NCBI RefSeq assembly: GCF_009914755.1 | Contig: NC_060928.1 | DNA length: 64,000 bases | Source of the DNA: the human T2T-CHM13v2.0 reference genome, Homo sapiens | Reading direction: 5' to 3' (one strand) | Shown here: positions 25,184-39,815 of the stretch, piece after piece | Numbering within the stretch: the first letter of the stretch is position 1 | How the letters are laid out: each line of letters begins with the position of its first letter | Made by a program: the position numbers and the translations under genes | The notes under the pieces: generated by a model | What the model was told of the DNA's origin: nothing | Seen by the model: the letters and a program-made list of their open reading frames with translations, nothing else | The model's database searches: none

Positions 25184-28100
25184 TTAGGCCGTTAGGCATT
25201 TCCAGCTCCACTTTGCAGATTGCAACTACAACTTAGATGAGTTCAGTAACTTGCCTGAAGTGGCACAAGCAATTGGCAGGGCTGGGATTTGTCCGAGTCC
25301 CTCCAAATCCCTTCTTATTTACAAGCCTATAGCAGCAACGTAGACCGCAGAGTTCTCTTGTCTGGGAGCTTCCTCCCAATTGTCAAATTTGTCTGAAAGT
25401 GGCTTATCTGATCCAGTCTACCTCTCAGTGGGGCCCCAGAGTAATGGTGCTCATTCATATGTCACATCCTCCGGGATTATGCACCCTGGGGCTCTCCGTG
25501 CGTCAATGCAAGCCAAGTGAATTAGCAGAGGAAGCATCAGCAAAACAGGGAATGGTGTTGTTATTCCAGCTGAGCCTGCTGCTGTGAGCCAGAGAGCTGC
25601 AGAAACAAAGCAGGGAGGGAAAAGAGGAAGGCTGGGACCAGCCGCCTAGGGTCTGGGAGGGAGGGGATCAGGAGAGGTGGTCCGAACACCATAGTTTGGT
25701 CTAGATGGATTGTGGACATTGTCTTGACACAAGCAATGGATGAGGTATCTGAAAGGACTCCTGTGTTAACACTCTGCAACTTGACAGCCCAGGGTGATTA
25801 ATGAAAGGAACTGCTAGCAAACTTCGTTGAGATTTGATGTACTCTATCTGTGCTCAAGCAAGGCCCATGTATTAGCAAGCTGCCTCTTGCCAGGGAATTA
25901 CAAGGATGCAACCTGGCTGCCTTTTGTCAACAGCATCCATAACATGGCCACGTGCAAGCGGGCCACAGCTGGATGGTGTTATAACTTGGCAGCCACCCTT
26001 CTGCCTTCCCTATCTCTGCTCCCCTCCACATTTGGGCCTAAAGAAAGCAATTTTTCCTTCCTCTCTATTTCCGGTGTATATAAGCCGGTGTCAACACTGT
26101 GGCAAGAAAGTGCATGGCACAGGAAATGAACAAGGCTGACATTTGGAGGTCTGTGGTTTTTAATATTTAAAGCTCATTACAAATACAGATTTTTAATTCT
26201 GAATTATTTTTAATTTGTAATACTTTTGAATAATTTAATACATCTAATAATCTTTAATTTTTAAAGGCTACTAAAGTAAACTCCGCCCCCTCTTCCACTT
26301 CTCTCTCCTGCTGCCCAGCAGAACTGGCTTTGATGAAGTAGACAGGGCATGCTTGCCTTCTACTTATCCACGGGAACAGAGTTTGGATGGTGTGTTATTC
26401 CAGTCCCATAGAGAGGGATTTGGTTCTGTCTCCAGGGTCAAGCTCCTGGCATGGAGATGAATCTTTCTTTGCCCCCTTGAGTGTGGTATGCAGTCCTTTG
26501 GTTCTCCCCAGGCACCGACTGTTAGTCCAGAATTCAGCAGCGAAACCCCTGGGAAAAGATCAGGGTGATTTCACACTGCCAGCCTTCTCTCTCTCTCAAA
26601 CCTCTGAAATTAACTGGCCCAGCTCCACATCTCATTTTAAGTTCACCCCCTGACATTAGAAGGCTACTCTAGAATAAGATTCTCTGATTTTTGAAAGACA
26701 ATTTGTACTTCTAAGAGTTACTCATTTTAAATATAATCTAGATAAAAACAAGGAAGGATGGAAAGTTTCTGCATTCATCACCTTCTTTCCTCTAGTTGAA
26801 CGTCTGCACTGCATCTGGAACTGAGCACTGTACAAAAATGATTTCACTCAAACCTCATAGCAATTCTTGGTGGAAAGCATCTTTATCTCAATTTTAGGGC
26901 CATTGTAAAATATCACTAGTGCCAAAAGGGACATTAAACACCATAAACGAACCCTTTAATTTTGCAGATGGATTAGCTGAGGTTAGCCCTCTTGGGAGTG
27001 CCACCGAGTCTGTCTGATGACACATCTCTCCACCACTCAAAGGTGGAGCGTTTGCATCATGGAGCTGTGGGGACTATGGTTTGGAAATGCACAGTGTGCT
27101 CAGACAGTAGGGAATCTGGAGGGATGAATGAGCAAAGCCTGTGTCATCCTAGAGGTCGTGTGGAGGTTTGCAAGAGTAAAGGATGCTTAGAACTGTGTCT
27201 CACAGAGGTAACGTAGGAACACACAGCATTGATTTGAGAGAGGAGTGGACTCTGTAATATTCTAGGGAATAGGTATGATGGCCTGGACAGACCGTTTATC
27301 TTGTTTCCCATGTGGCCACCAATGCCCTCTTCTCCTTATTTGGGCATATTCTTGGTACCTATGTAATGGAACTCACACTGACATAACTAGAACAGAATGC
27401 AACTGGAATTCTCAGACTGCCTACCCTGAACCTCTAGCTCCTAAATGGGAGGTCTGGTGCCTAACACAGTGCCTGGAGCATGTGCACACCAATGTGGTGC
27501 TGAATGGGTAAGAGTGAGTGAATGTGTGAGTGAATGAATGCCACAGGCACATGCAGAGGGAAATATACAAAAGAGGGCATCCCAAAGTGAGACGGGCCAG
27601 AGATACACTGCAGATCATGTCTGGGTCTATACCTGGACCTGTCCTATCCGAGCAAGGCCAATGGAGTGCCTGGCACGTAGTAGGAAACTACTCCACGTGT
27701 GTGCACAAGTGCCACTTAAATTCCCCTGGAATCGGTTGTACATTTTCAAGATTAGAGATTGGAGAGCCTCTCTCAATCCAGATGAAATTCACTCTGAGGT
27801 GGAATCAGGCCAAGGCTCATTTTAAATAAGTGAATCCATGGGTTCATTCTTTCTAGAAGGCATTCCCTATTGGTTTCAAGAATTCTCCTCTTACCTATTT
27901 TATTTGTATAAGAAATATTTGGGGCATGTAATTCCCTGAAGGGGACCTGGGAAAAACACTGGAAGTGTTTAGTGCCACTCACAACTCTCATCAAGCTCAT
28001 ACACCCAAGACCCTCTTGGCCGAGTGAGGCTCCCACCTCCTCAGACCCTGCCCTGCCGGGGCCTGTCTGGTCTCCTCCCTCCTCTGAGAACCTGTGGCAC

Positions 28101-28693
28101 TTCTTACTCGAATCATGCATTTAGTAAATCTGGACGATGACATATAATTATTCATTTATTATTTAAATCTCATATTGTAAAACCTTACTTGAGTTTTTTT
28201 CCTTTCCTCAATTAGACTTTAAGTTCTTTGAGGGCAGAAAACATGTCTATATAAGCTATAGTCCTGTTCCTATAAGCTATCAATCAGTGCTCCCAATACA
28301 TATTAAAAAACAAAAACAAAAATATTTGACACTCTGATGGGTTCTGCAGCAGACAAGTAGAGTAGCAGGATGATTTGCCAGACATGTTTTAGCTCAGACA
28401 TTCCTCTAGCGGGCAGAGCCACTCCTGAAATCCCTTCATCCACTCTCTGAGCCTCCCCCACTTCCCCACTTGGTCTCTGTCTTCTTCCTCCTTTCTCCAT
28501 CCTTCTCTCCCTATTGAAGTTTCTTTTTCACGTCTATTTAAGTATCTAGTAAGTGCCAGGCATCATAGGAGGCTCTCGGTATACTACAGATCAACAGCAT
28601 CCTAGGGTTATCCACAACATAAGAACCTAGGGTTCTGCCTTGATTCTTCCTTCTTCCTACTCCCCCATCAGCCAATGTTTCTTGAGCATCTAC

Positions 28694-29030
<337 letters not shown>

Positions 29031-29376
29031 TGAGCATCTACGCTGTAGGAGCCCTTTGGGGACAACTCCCAGAAAGCCAGTGGAACAACACATTTTCTTC
29101 CCTGCATCCTCTGTGAAAGAACCTAGGACCTGTCACAAAGCTCTTTGCTTGTGAGACCTTTCAGGGCGGCACTCCGCCTTCTGCATGGTGAGGTGGGCCA
29201 CAGTGAGAAAAGTGACCCTTATGGCTCTCTCAGTGCTGCAGAGGCTCAGGGCAGGCGGGGCAGACCAGAGCAGTCAGGAGAGCGGGCAGCGGTTATGGCC
29301 AGCAGGTTCCTGGGCTTGCCTGACTGAAGGGACCCAGTAGAGGGCCTCCTAATTCATGGAATAGAGGAGGACTCCA

Positions 29377-29695
<319 letters not shown>

Positions 29696-30418
29696 GAGGA
29701 CTCCCGTCTCCAAAGGATGATGACTGGGCCTCATGGGCCCTGAGAAATTATGGCTGCCTGCACTTTGTCCCCCTGGATCTAACTATTGCTGCAGGTGCTA
29801 GTGGCAGAAAGGAAGAACTCCATAGCCAATGAGGTGACGAATGGGAAGGGTCTGAATGTGGATAGTGTGGTGACACTGTTCCTAGCATCGCTTTCAAGAG
29901 TAAAGGATGGAAAGGAGACTAGTGCTTGGAAAGTGAAGATGTGGATTAGAATCTTGGTGCCGCTGCTCAGTACAGAGAGGACTTGGCAAGCCCTTCAGCT
30001 CCCTGGTTGATCCTGTGTCCCTCCTGTTCCCTAGGGCCTGCGTCTGTGTCTGCCATGGTGCATGACACAGGCTTATGATCTGTTATGTATATACTTTGCA
30101 GTTCCACACCCACTCTTCTGCTTCCCACCAGATACTGAGCATGCAGGTATCCAGGACTATGTCTCGTTCATCTTTGATTTTTCCAGTGCCCAACAAAGAG
30201 AACTTAAGGAGGTTAATGTAAGAGGTCAGACATTTCCCCAGTGGGGAAACAGCTCCTGCACCCACCATTTCTCCAATCTCCCCCCATCCTCTGCCTTCCA
30301 TCTTCCTCCCTCCACCCCACTCACTGTCACTTAGCGAGTAGGGGCAGAGTGGAATTCAAGCCCAGGGGCCTCTCCCTCCACTTGGAAGCTTGCACTCCTG
30401 GTAACCATGCTTCCATCC

Positions 30419-30598
30419 GAGGTTCTCTAACTTGAGCAAACATTGGCACCCACAGGGAGGGCTTATTTCAACATGGGTGCCTGGGCTCCAGCACGTGTCC
30501 TTCTGGTGCAGTTGGCCAGAATCTGGGAATCAGCACTGCTAAGTTCTCAGATGATGCTGAAGCTGCTGGTCCCAGGCCCATGCTCTAGGAGCCACAGC
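30419..30598. mobile_element. MER5A-like hAT fossil
   Basis: ggttctctaactt start; gatgatgctgaagctgctggtcc...gagccac end. Confidence 0.6.
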
Positions 30599-30817
30599 TA
30601 CCAGGCCTCACTGTTATAGATGTGGCTGTGCTTTCCAGAAGGGCTGGGCACATGCTCCTTCCTCATGGTGGGGAAACTTGACAGGAGCAGATTAGTGACT
30701 CATCAGAGTAGAAATCTACATTCATATGTATATGCTGACATATACTTATAAATAAGAATATACATATACATACATATACATATACATAAGAAAGTTTTTG
30801 ATCACTTAGAACCCAGA

Positions 30818-31121
30818 GCTAGGCATGATGGCTCACACCTGTAATCCCAGCACTTTGGGAGGCCAAGGCGGGCAGATCACCTGAGGTTGGGAGTTCGAGA
30901 CCAGCCTGACCAACTTGGAGGAACCCCATCTCTACTAAAAATTCAAAATTAGCTGGATGTGGTGGCACATGCCTGTAATCCCAGCTACTGGCTGGGGGGC
31001 TGAGGCAGGAGAATCGTTTGAACCTGGGAGGCGGAGATTGCGCGATTGCACTCCAGCCTGGGCAACAAGAGTGAAACCCTGTCTCAAAAAAAACCAAACC
31101 AAACCAAACCAAACCAAAACA
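30818..31121 (+). mobile_element. AluSp-like
   Basis: cagcctgaccaac and ggcaacaagagtgaaac diagnostics; flanks aacccaga. Confidence 0.88.
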
Positions 31122-32031
31122 AAAACCCAGAAATGCCACTTGACTTGAAGCTAGACTCAGAATTCAAATCCAACTGGTACCACTTTCTACTGGGACTGTG
31201 ACAAAAAGATATAACCTCCCTCAGACTATTTTTCCCTATCTGTAAATGGGAATACGAATGCCTACTTCAAAGCATTATGGTGAAGACCGAATGCCAAGGT
31301 TCTGGTGCATATTGGGTGCTCAGTTATTGAGTGGAATTTGGATTTAATTGACAAATATCAGCTGGTGTTTTTCTTTCATTATAGACATGAGGAAACAGTA
31401 CAAAATAAAAGTGGGTATTGCGGATTTAGTAGGATGTTATAAAACACATTCATCTCAATATTGCAGACAGGTCATGGATAATGAATATGGATGTGATCTG
31501 TATTTTACTTGGAGATCCTCCCAGGCCGTATCATCCAAGTGGGGCCCAGCACTCAGCTTGGTGTTTTACTTTGTTTATTACCAGGAGATCAAGGCACTTT
31601 TGACCTTGGGGTGGTTGGGCTGTGGGGGCCTGCAGGAGAGTTAACTCCCACACTCAACCTAGCATGAGGGCAGTGATGGGGAGCACCAGGGTTGTTGATA
31701 TTAGTAATAATAATTACAGCTGCCATTTACCATATCACAACTAGCCACTGAGCCTCTAGGGAAGTTATTCACCCTCTCTGGGCTGCATTCTTCTTTCCTG
31801 TAAAAAGGAGACTAATAAGAGTGTAATTGTTGGGATCCAGTGAGGGTTACCTATTAGCTGTTAGAACAGCACCTAGCACATAGTGAGCACTCAGTGACTA
31901 TTAGCCCACATTATTTAATGAGAACCTACTCTATTCCCAGCACACCTCCGAGGTCATCCATTTATTCTGCGGACACAGGAAGGTTCAAGAGATTCAATAG
32001 TGAACATGAGAGTCTACTTTTTCAAATACCA

Positions 32032-32327
<296 letters not shown>

Positions 32328-33981
32328 TTCAAATATCACTTCTAAAACACAGGAGGTGTTGGAATGGAAAAAGAGGCTTGTCTGGGGCCACACGGCTAAT
32401 AAGCAGCTCAGATGAGGTTGAAATCCTGATTCAATGGACTCATTCTACACTGCAATGCTGCCCATAAGTAGCTTCTTCCTTATCTTATCATCATCAAATA
32501 TTGATAATTATAATTTTTACAGGAGTAAATACATTGGTTTAATAGTTAAAGGAAGATGGTAGACACAAATTTGTAGTTTTCAGACATTTTTAGTTGATTT
32601 ATATATCTCAAATAGTTTATATTCATATAATGCATTCATTATAAAATATGCAGTGGTATAGAGATTTGTATGTCTATGTTTTTTTTTAAATTTAGGTTTA
32701 TAAATAGTTTGGAACAGGTTGCAAAAACATCATCTGTTGCTCTTTTTAATATATCTTGAGCATGCTATGACACATTCTGAAATAATTTGCTTCAGAAAAA
32801 AGCACTGCTCTTCTCTGTCTGTCTTTTTTCCTCCAAATGTAACTGTAAATATTACTTTGATGTATGTAATTGCTTCAACCCTCTCCATCTGAAAGAGGGC
32901 TTCTAAACCTTCTATCTCCCATCTCTTGCTATTGTCAAGAAATAAGGAAAATGGACTTAAAATGCATTATTCAAATGTATTTAGTGTAAACATTAAAGAA
33001 GTCTGAGAAAGCCACAAATTTCCCTCTACTCAAAGTGGTTTTGCAAAACACCTCAAGTATTCTATCATCTTACCAGCATTCATTCACTCTGCTTAGGATA
33101 ATTATTTATTCTGGCACATTTTAGAATTCCAAGACCGCTTATAGTGTCTGGCACATAGTAAGGACTGAAGGATGTTTGATGGATGGACTTGAATTGGGAT
33201 TCGAGGATTGATAGAACTTGTGAGGACCCTTGGGTGCCTCCAGGAAGAGAAGCCACCCCAGGAAGGCTTGGCTAGGGAGTCCCACCTGAGCATGAGAGAG
33301 ACGGTTCTGCGCATGAGGATGTGGCCCAGGTTTAGTCGGCTGGGCAGCCCTGGGCAGTGTAGAGCTGGATTTGACTTTAGGTCTTGTCTCTTGTCAGTAA
33401 TTCGATCAAGTTAGCACAGGATTCGATCAAGTTCTGAGCTTTTTGACTAGTCTGCGAGCTCCTTGAGGGAGAGACTTTGTCTTTTGTTGCTGCATTTTCA
33501 GTAGTCTATGCAAGTTTTGATACCATAACCACTCAGCAAATGTTATTCTCAATTGAAGGACAAAGGAAATAACAGTGTAAGCACTTGGCTCTCTCTTGTC
33601 TGCTTGCTGTGAGGCTCCAAGGTAAACTCGTGGCTGGATCCATGATCCATCATTCAAATCATTCATTGGCAGAGGAATAGAAGCCTCTCCATCACTGGCT
33701 CTCTCTGGGGTTGTTTAGAGACCTGGGAGGAGTGGGTGGAAAGAGGCCTGGCCTGCAGAGCTGTGGAGGTGGGGGCTTCTCAGCCTAGGTTTGTATCACA
33801 CACCTGCTGGCTGCTCAACCCCAGCCAATCCCCTTCTCCTGCACCTTGGTCTCTGTCTGACCTCTAAGTCACTACAGGTCATTCCATCACATTGACAATT
33901 TTCGTGTTTGTGATGGTCAGCTTATTTGCTACAGAATTAAAATTTTCACTCCTCTATTAATAAACAAGTAAATATTCTGAC

Positions 33982-34053
33982 CTGTTTTTTGGCAGACTGA
34001 AGTTCTGGAATTTCAAATCGTTGGATCCTTCTTTAGTTGTCTTTCTATTGCCC
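33982..34053 (-). CDS. CLNK: CLNK internal coding exon (72 nt, probably exon 3), (Q)GNRKTTKEGSNDLKFQNFSLPKN(R)
   Basis: Minus strand attttctttcatcccag|GGGCAAT...AAAAACAG|gtcaga; phase 2 to 2; matches recalled CLNK N-terminus MNRQGNRKTTKEGS and joins in frame to the next exon. Confidence 0.95.
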
Positions 34054-37000
34054 CTGGGATGAAAGAAAATAAATTATAGCTGGGAAATAGCAAGAAGCTA
34101 GGGGAAAAATTAATTAAGTGCATTCATTCATAGAAAGAGCCACCCAGTCAGATTTAAGTAATTATGTCTCACACATAATTCTGAATCTCTCTTTGCATTA
34201 CCACTAGGGTTAAAGAAAATTTGTGTTTAAAGTAATCCAATTCTTAATTTTTTAAATGTAAGAGCTTTATTTTACAGGAAACAGTAGTGTGGGGCAGAAG
34301 AAATGCCCATTCAAGACAAGGATGTGGGCTGCCTCTCCCTCATCAACAGGGTGACCTTGGTACCGTCCTTAAGCTCTGCCAGTATCTGTCTCTTCTGTAA
34401 AATGAAGAATATCATACTTTTGCCACATGGTTGATGAGAGGCTGTTAAGAAATTTGAGGGACAGCAACCGTGAGCCAGGCAATGTCTCAGATGCTTCCCT
34501 ATGTTGGTTGAATTTCATAAAAATCTAGCAAACATTATCCAACGTGGGAAGACAGACTATTTAGCAACAGCCACTCTGATTCAAGTAATATTTATTGAGC
34601 TCCCATATCATTTAGGCACTTTGCTAAGGCACTTTCTATGAAGAGATTAACTTATTTTTCATTGAGTTAATTTGCTAACATTCATTAAATACATTCACTG
34701 TCATAAAGCATCATTGTTATGCATTCCTAGTTCATTTAATCAGCCACGTTTCCCACATTTTCCTTTCTTTTGCAGGCATTTCATTAGCTCTATCAAACAC
34801 TGACTGGTGATTTTTTTCCTCCACAAATGCTCCTGACCAACTGCCTCCTTAGCTCAGCTACCCTCTTTGTCCTCCCAGTTCCACTTGGGGCAAATTTGCC
34901 TCTTTCTGGTCCTTGGACTTTCTCTGCTCCCTCCCACGGGGCCCTTTCAGGTACCGTTCCCTCTTTATCAGATGCCCTTGTCTTCCTTCTTCTTATTAAC
35001 AACAACTCTTACTTCCGAACTCAGCTCAAGTGCTACTTCCTCAGAGAATCCTCCTCGGCCTCACAGACTCGCTCCTTCACAGCACTTGCCTGAGTTTTAA
35101 TTTTCCTTTTGTTTTAACTGGTAACTTGTGTTCACATCTGACTGTTGAACTTCCATCTCCACTAGAGCAGAGATTTGTAGGACTTAGCATCCCCAGGGCC
35201 TGGGTCAATGCCTGGTCCACCGAGGAGCTGAGTGGACACTCACACATGTACACAAAAAACTAAAGAACTCCAGGAAATACTTTATGATGACTTGAGGCTC
35301 TCTCTTCATCTGGGATTTGCCTGTAGCCCATAGAATAGAACATAATAAATTTAAAAATCTGCGAGTTGTTTGGGTATATTTTGTCACTGTGTAAATTGAC
35401 CATCTAGAAAGATGATGGCTTATTTCATTATCATTAATTTCATTCTTTATTTTAAAATTTCATTATTGTACTATTTCACATATTTCATTATTCATTGTTT
35501 TTTTTCTATCCAAGTACAGCTTAATTCACATATTTCCATCTGCATTCTGACTTCTCTACTAAGTTCCAGGCATGAACACTGAACTATTTTCTGGATCTTT
35601 CTAATTGGTTATTTCCCAGCAGACACAGGCCTTTTTCCTAGCGAGAAGCTCCATTGCTCACATGGTTTCCACACCAGTAGCCTGGGTGCTAACCTTGAGT
35701 CTTCCCACCCCTCCCCCTCTATCATTGACATCATCCGAATCTGTTAACAGATCCTAACAGTCAGATTCCCCAGATGCCTCCTGACTCTGTCTCTTCTTTG
35801 TCGTGTTCATGAGCTATTTAATATATTCAGCCTTACTTCTGCTTTCAGTATCTCTAGGCTGACCTCCAGCATCTACCCCTAGCTGCTTTCCTGGCCTCCT
35901 GGGTTCCAATCCATACGCCAAACTGGATCAAGAAGAACCTTTGTAATTATTAATAGCAGAATATTATCAAGTCACCTCCTTGAGAATCCTCATCAGTTCT
36001 CTATTCCTGCAAGATAAAACCCAAACTCTTAACCATGATAGCTAAGTTTCCTGCCCCAGTGGCTTTGAATCCCATTTCTGTTGCTCCTTTATTTCCTGCT
36101 ACCCTCTCTCTCTGCCAAGTCATCCCACACTGTGGCCTCTGGGCCCGACCTTTTTTTTTCTTAATGCTCCCATATCATTGATCTAATTATTCTTTTTGCC
36201 TCCTCTGGGCCTGGCAAAATGCTTTTCATTCTTCAAGGTCAATTTCAAATATTACTTCCCCGTGAACTCTTCCCTGCTGCTTCCGCTTTGAGTCCCTCTG
36301 GTACTTTTGCATACCTCTCTATGGCCATTCATTTCGTTTGTTCATGAGTCTAATCATTCATTTACTCAACAAATAGTTATTGGGTTTATTCCATACTAGG
36401 CAACGCACTAAGTAATAGGGTATAGTAATTAAAGGACAGATGAAGGCTGCTTCCTGGAGTTTTTAGTGTATTTAGGGAGCCAGGCCATAAGCAAGTAAAC
36501 AATATAATATTGTTAAATGCCCTGTACATGCATTCATTATGCATGTACATGTCCATATCCCCTTGCATTGGAGCCTTGCAAGGGTAGATTGTAGCCTGGG
36601 CATCTTTTTCTCTCCTAGAACACTGGCTAACTGACCCTGCCTGCTTGCAGGAATGTTTGTAAGATAATAAATAGATACCTAGATGCAAATACATAAATAA
36701 CTTGTGAGTCTGGGCTCATACACAATAGCGAGCCATGTAGTTAACTGGACAGAGTCCTTTGAATCTCTCTGATACCAGGGGAGTTCTGGCCTATCCCTGC
36801 ACTGAGTAGGAGCCCTCACTTTCATCATGTCTCTAGGTTATTGGCAACTTTTCTGTTTTCTGACAGCCCATGTAGCATTTGCCTAAATGGCTTTAACCAG
36901 GCCAATTTTAGGAGGATGGGATAGAGTCTGAGAGTTTCTTAACTTCTTCCTGGGTGCCTCGAGAACCCAACAGACTGGGAGCTACCTCTGACCTTTCTAG

Positions 37001-38291
37001 ATAATCAGCTTTGGCCTTTTTAACTTTAAGAAGAGAGCTGGACTCAAACTCTCTTTTTATTTCATGTTTGTAGCAACCCTCAGTAGCGAATAGGCAGGCA
37101 TTCTTCTCAACTCCATGCTACAGATGAGGAAACGGGACCCTAGAGTGGAGAGCATTTAGTTCCAGGTGGCCAGGCTAGTTGGGGGTAGAACCAGGGCTAC
37201 ACATCTCTTCGCCTGTCTCCTGGAGAATGTGTGTCAGCTATGTTGCAGAGGAAGCCAGCGCAGGCCCAGCTGGAAGCAACTAAGGGACACACCAGCGAGA
37301 AGGAAAGCAGGTGGGGAGAATGGAGAATGGGGAGGAGGAGGTGTTCTTTCTACAGTGGATTATTGAAGCAAAATATTAACAAGGCTGGAAAATAAACAGC
37401 CATCTACCTAGACAGTAAGTGGTTAAAGCCTGTTTGAAAATTACTTACAAAGAGCAACAAGCATTACCAGGTCTCCCTGCCCTAAATCTGAATCCTAAGT
37501 GTTCAGATTTTAGAGAAACTTTTAAAAATATACAATGCTGGGAGATTTATAAACTCTCAACACATCACAGAAAATGTTATTAAAGAATGTTAAGCATAAT
37601 AGGGCAAAATTGTTTGTTTTGCATTGAATTGAGATCTGACCTCGAAAGGAGATGCTCAAGGTTCCCAAGTTGGCTACCCCACCTGGGGAGGACAGTGCCA
37701 TTTACTAGTCTCCTAAGTAGATGCACATCATTTTACAAGGCCTCAAACATTTGGGGCCAGCTGCCTTTCCTGTCCACTCAGCCCATCCCACCCACCTAGT
37801 GAAAAGAATCACAAAAGCTTTTTAAACTGCTGCTCGATTTGCTTGTCACAGACTCTGGCCAAGTGTCCTCCAGGGAAACAACACAGGCTAATTGATTGCA
37901 CAAAGAACTCAGCACATCCTGGGAAAGCTGGAAGTGCCATAGGCTTGTAGGGAAACTGAGGTACAGTACATCAGTGGGCCAACCAAATAATTGTTCTTGC
38001 AATCACTTCATCTTCTGCTGAAACAGAGCACATCGCCCCACACACTCCAGACTGTTTTCTTGAGCACCCTTCCAGCACCTTCAGGTCCAACACTTTGCAT
38101 TGATCTTTGATTTCCTTTTCACTTTCCGCATCTCCCTCCTGCATGACCAGTCAATGATACCCATCTAGTCCTCCTTCACATTTTCCTTGCCTTGTCCCTA
38201 TCTAATTTCCCCTGTGAAAATGTCTTCTGCAGACCCTTATTATTTTTCATGTAGACCTAATAGCAGCCAATACAGTGTAGTTGAATTGATT

Positions 38292-38719
38292 TGTGGGTTT
38301 AACGACGTGTACCAAGGTGTATGTCTACCCCAAAACTGTACATGTGACCTTATTTGGAAAAAGCGTCTTTAGCAATGTAACTAAGCTAAGGATCTTGAGA
38401 TCAGATGATCTTGGGTTAAAGTGGGCTCTAAATCTTGGGTTAAAGTGTTCTTCTATGAGGAGGCTGTGGAAAAGACCCATGTGAAGATGGCGGAGATTGG
38501 AGTGATGTTGTCACAAATCAAGGAACACCTGGAGCCACTAAACGCAGGAAGAGGCAGGAAAGAAATCTCTCCTAGAGGCTTGGGAGGGAGCACGGCCCTA
38601 GCTAAACTTTGATTTCAGACTTCTGGACTCCAGAACGGTGAGAGTAAATCTCTGTTGTATTCAGCCAGTACGTTTACGTTTGTGGCAATTTGTTATGGCA
38701 GCCGCAGGAAAGACATGCA
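38292..38719 (+). mobile_element. MLT1B/C-like MaLR LTR
   Basis: atgtgaccttatttggaaa, catgtgaagatggcggagattggagtgatg, gacttctggactccagaac, ttgttatggcagcc; 5' limit approximate. Confidence 0.8.
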
Positions 38720-39507
38720 CTAAACATCTCTTCTGTCCCAAGAGACGAAAAAATGAATCAGACTCCCATCCAAACACAGGCAATGCAATAGGCACAATGA
38801 TAAAAAATGTACACATGGTCTAGAAGAAAAACGAGGAAGAAGCTGGTCAAATATTTAAGTGATGGTATAGTCAAGGAAGGCTTTCACTAGGTGGTGACAA
38901 CCAGTGAGGGGTTGAATTTGCCAGATGGATGACATGGCAAGTTGACGGTGGAGAGTAAGTACAAGAAGCCTACTCCGAGAGTTAAAGACATCTTCTCCAT
39001 CCCATCTTAGTCATTCCCCTCTAATTTCTCACCTTTTCAGAGAGATGCTCCCGGCTACACCCAATGTGACTGGTGCAGTCTGACTAGCACAGAAAGAATT
39101 GCCATTTCTTCTGTTGTAAAACTGCACTTCTCTCAATGGAGTTTAGCTTAAGTTCTGACTTTTCCAGAACCTTCTCATTCTATACACTCAGAGTGAGCTT
39201 GCAGGCTGCTGAGAAATCACTAAAATTGCTCTTAAGCCACAGTTCTCTTTCAAGGTCTTATACAGTTTGATTTTTGGCACAAACATCATGAATAATAATA
39301 ATAAGGTATAGCACCATCATTATAATGAAAATCAGAACTGCAAGAAATTTATATAAGATTTTCACCTAACTGGTCATTGTTTGTATTTCACAACATATTA
39401 GTCCATTTAATCCTCTTAACAATCCTATGAGACCAGTCCTATTCTATCCCCATCCTGCTGAGTTTTTTTTGCCTCATGTTCAGCACATGTCCCATCTCCT
39501 CAGGAAC

Positions 39508-39815
39508 TGCCGCAGGTTGGGCTCCTGAGGAAGCAGACTCTGAGACAGAGATGACCACGTAGAAAGTGTTTTAGGGAGTGCTCCTGGCACCAACCCCTGT
39601 GGAGGGAAGAGAAAGAGGCAGAATTGGGCAGGGGGAAAAGTGGGCTGTGATGCAGTTGCAACAGAGGCCTCAGCGGCCCCCACGGGGAATGAGGGCTCTT
39701 CTGAGTATCCCATGTTGGGGTGGGAAGGCCAGGTCTATGCACTCCTGGGTGGCCCAGTCAGTGGGTGTGGGCTGCTCCAGGTGAGGCAATCCTGCTCAGC
39801 CAAGGCAATTCCCAA
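39508..39815 (-). mobile_element. LTR16-family ERVL LTR
   Basis: gcaggttgggctcctgaggaagcagactctgagac...gggagtgctc...ctgtgatgcagttgcaacagaggcctcagc. Confidence 0.7.
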
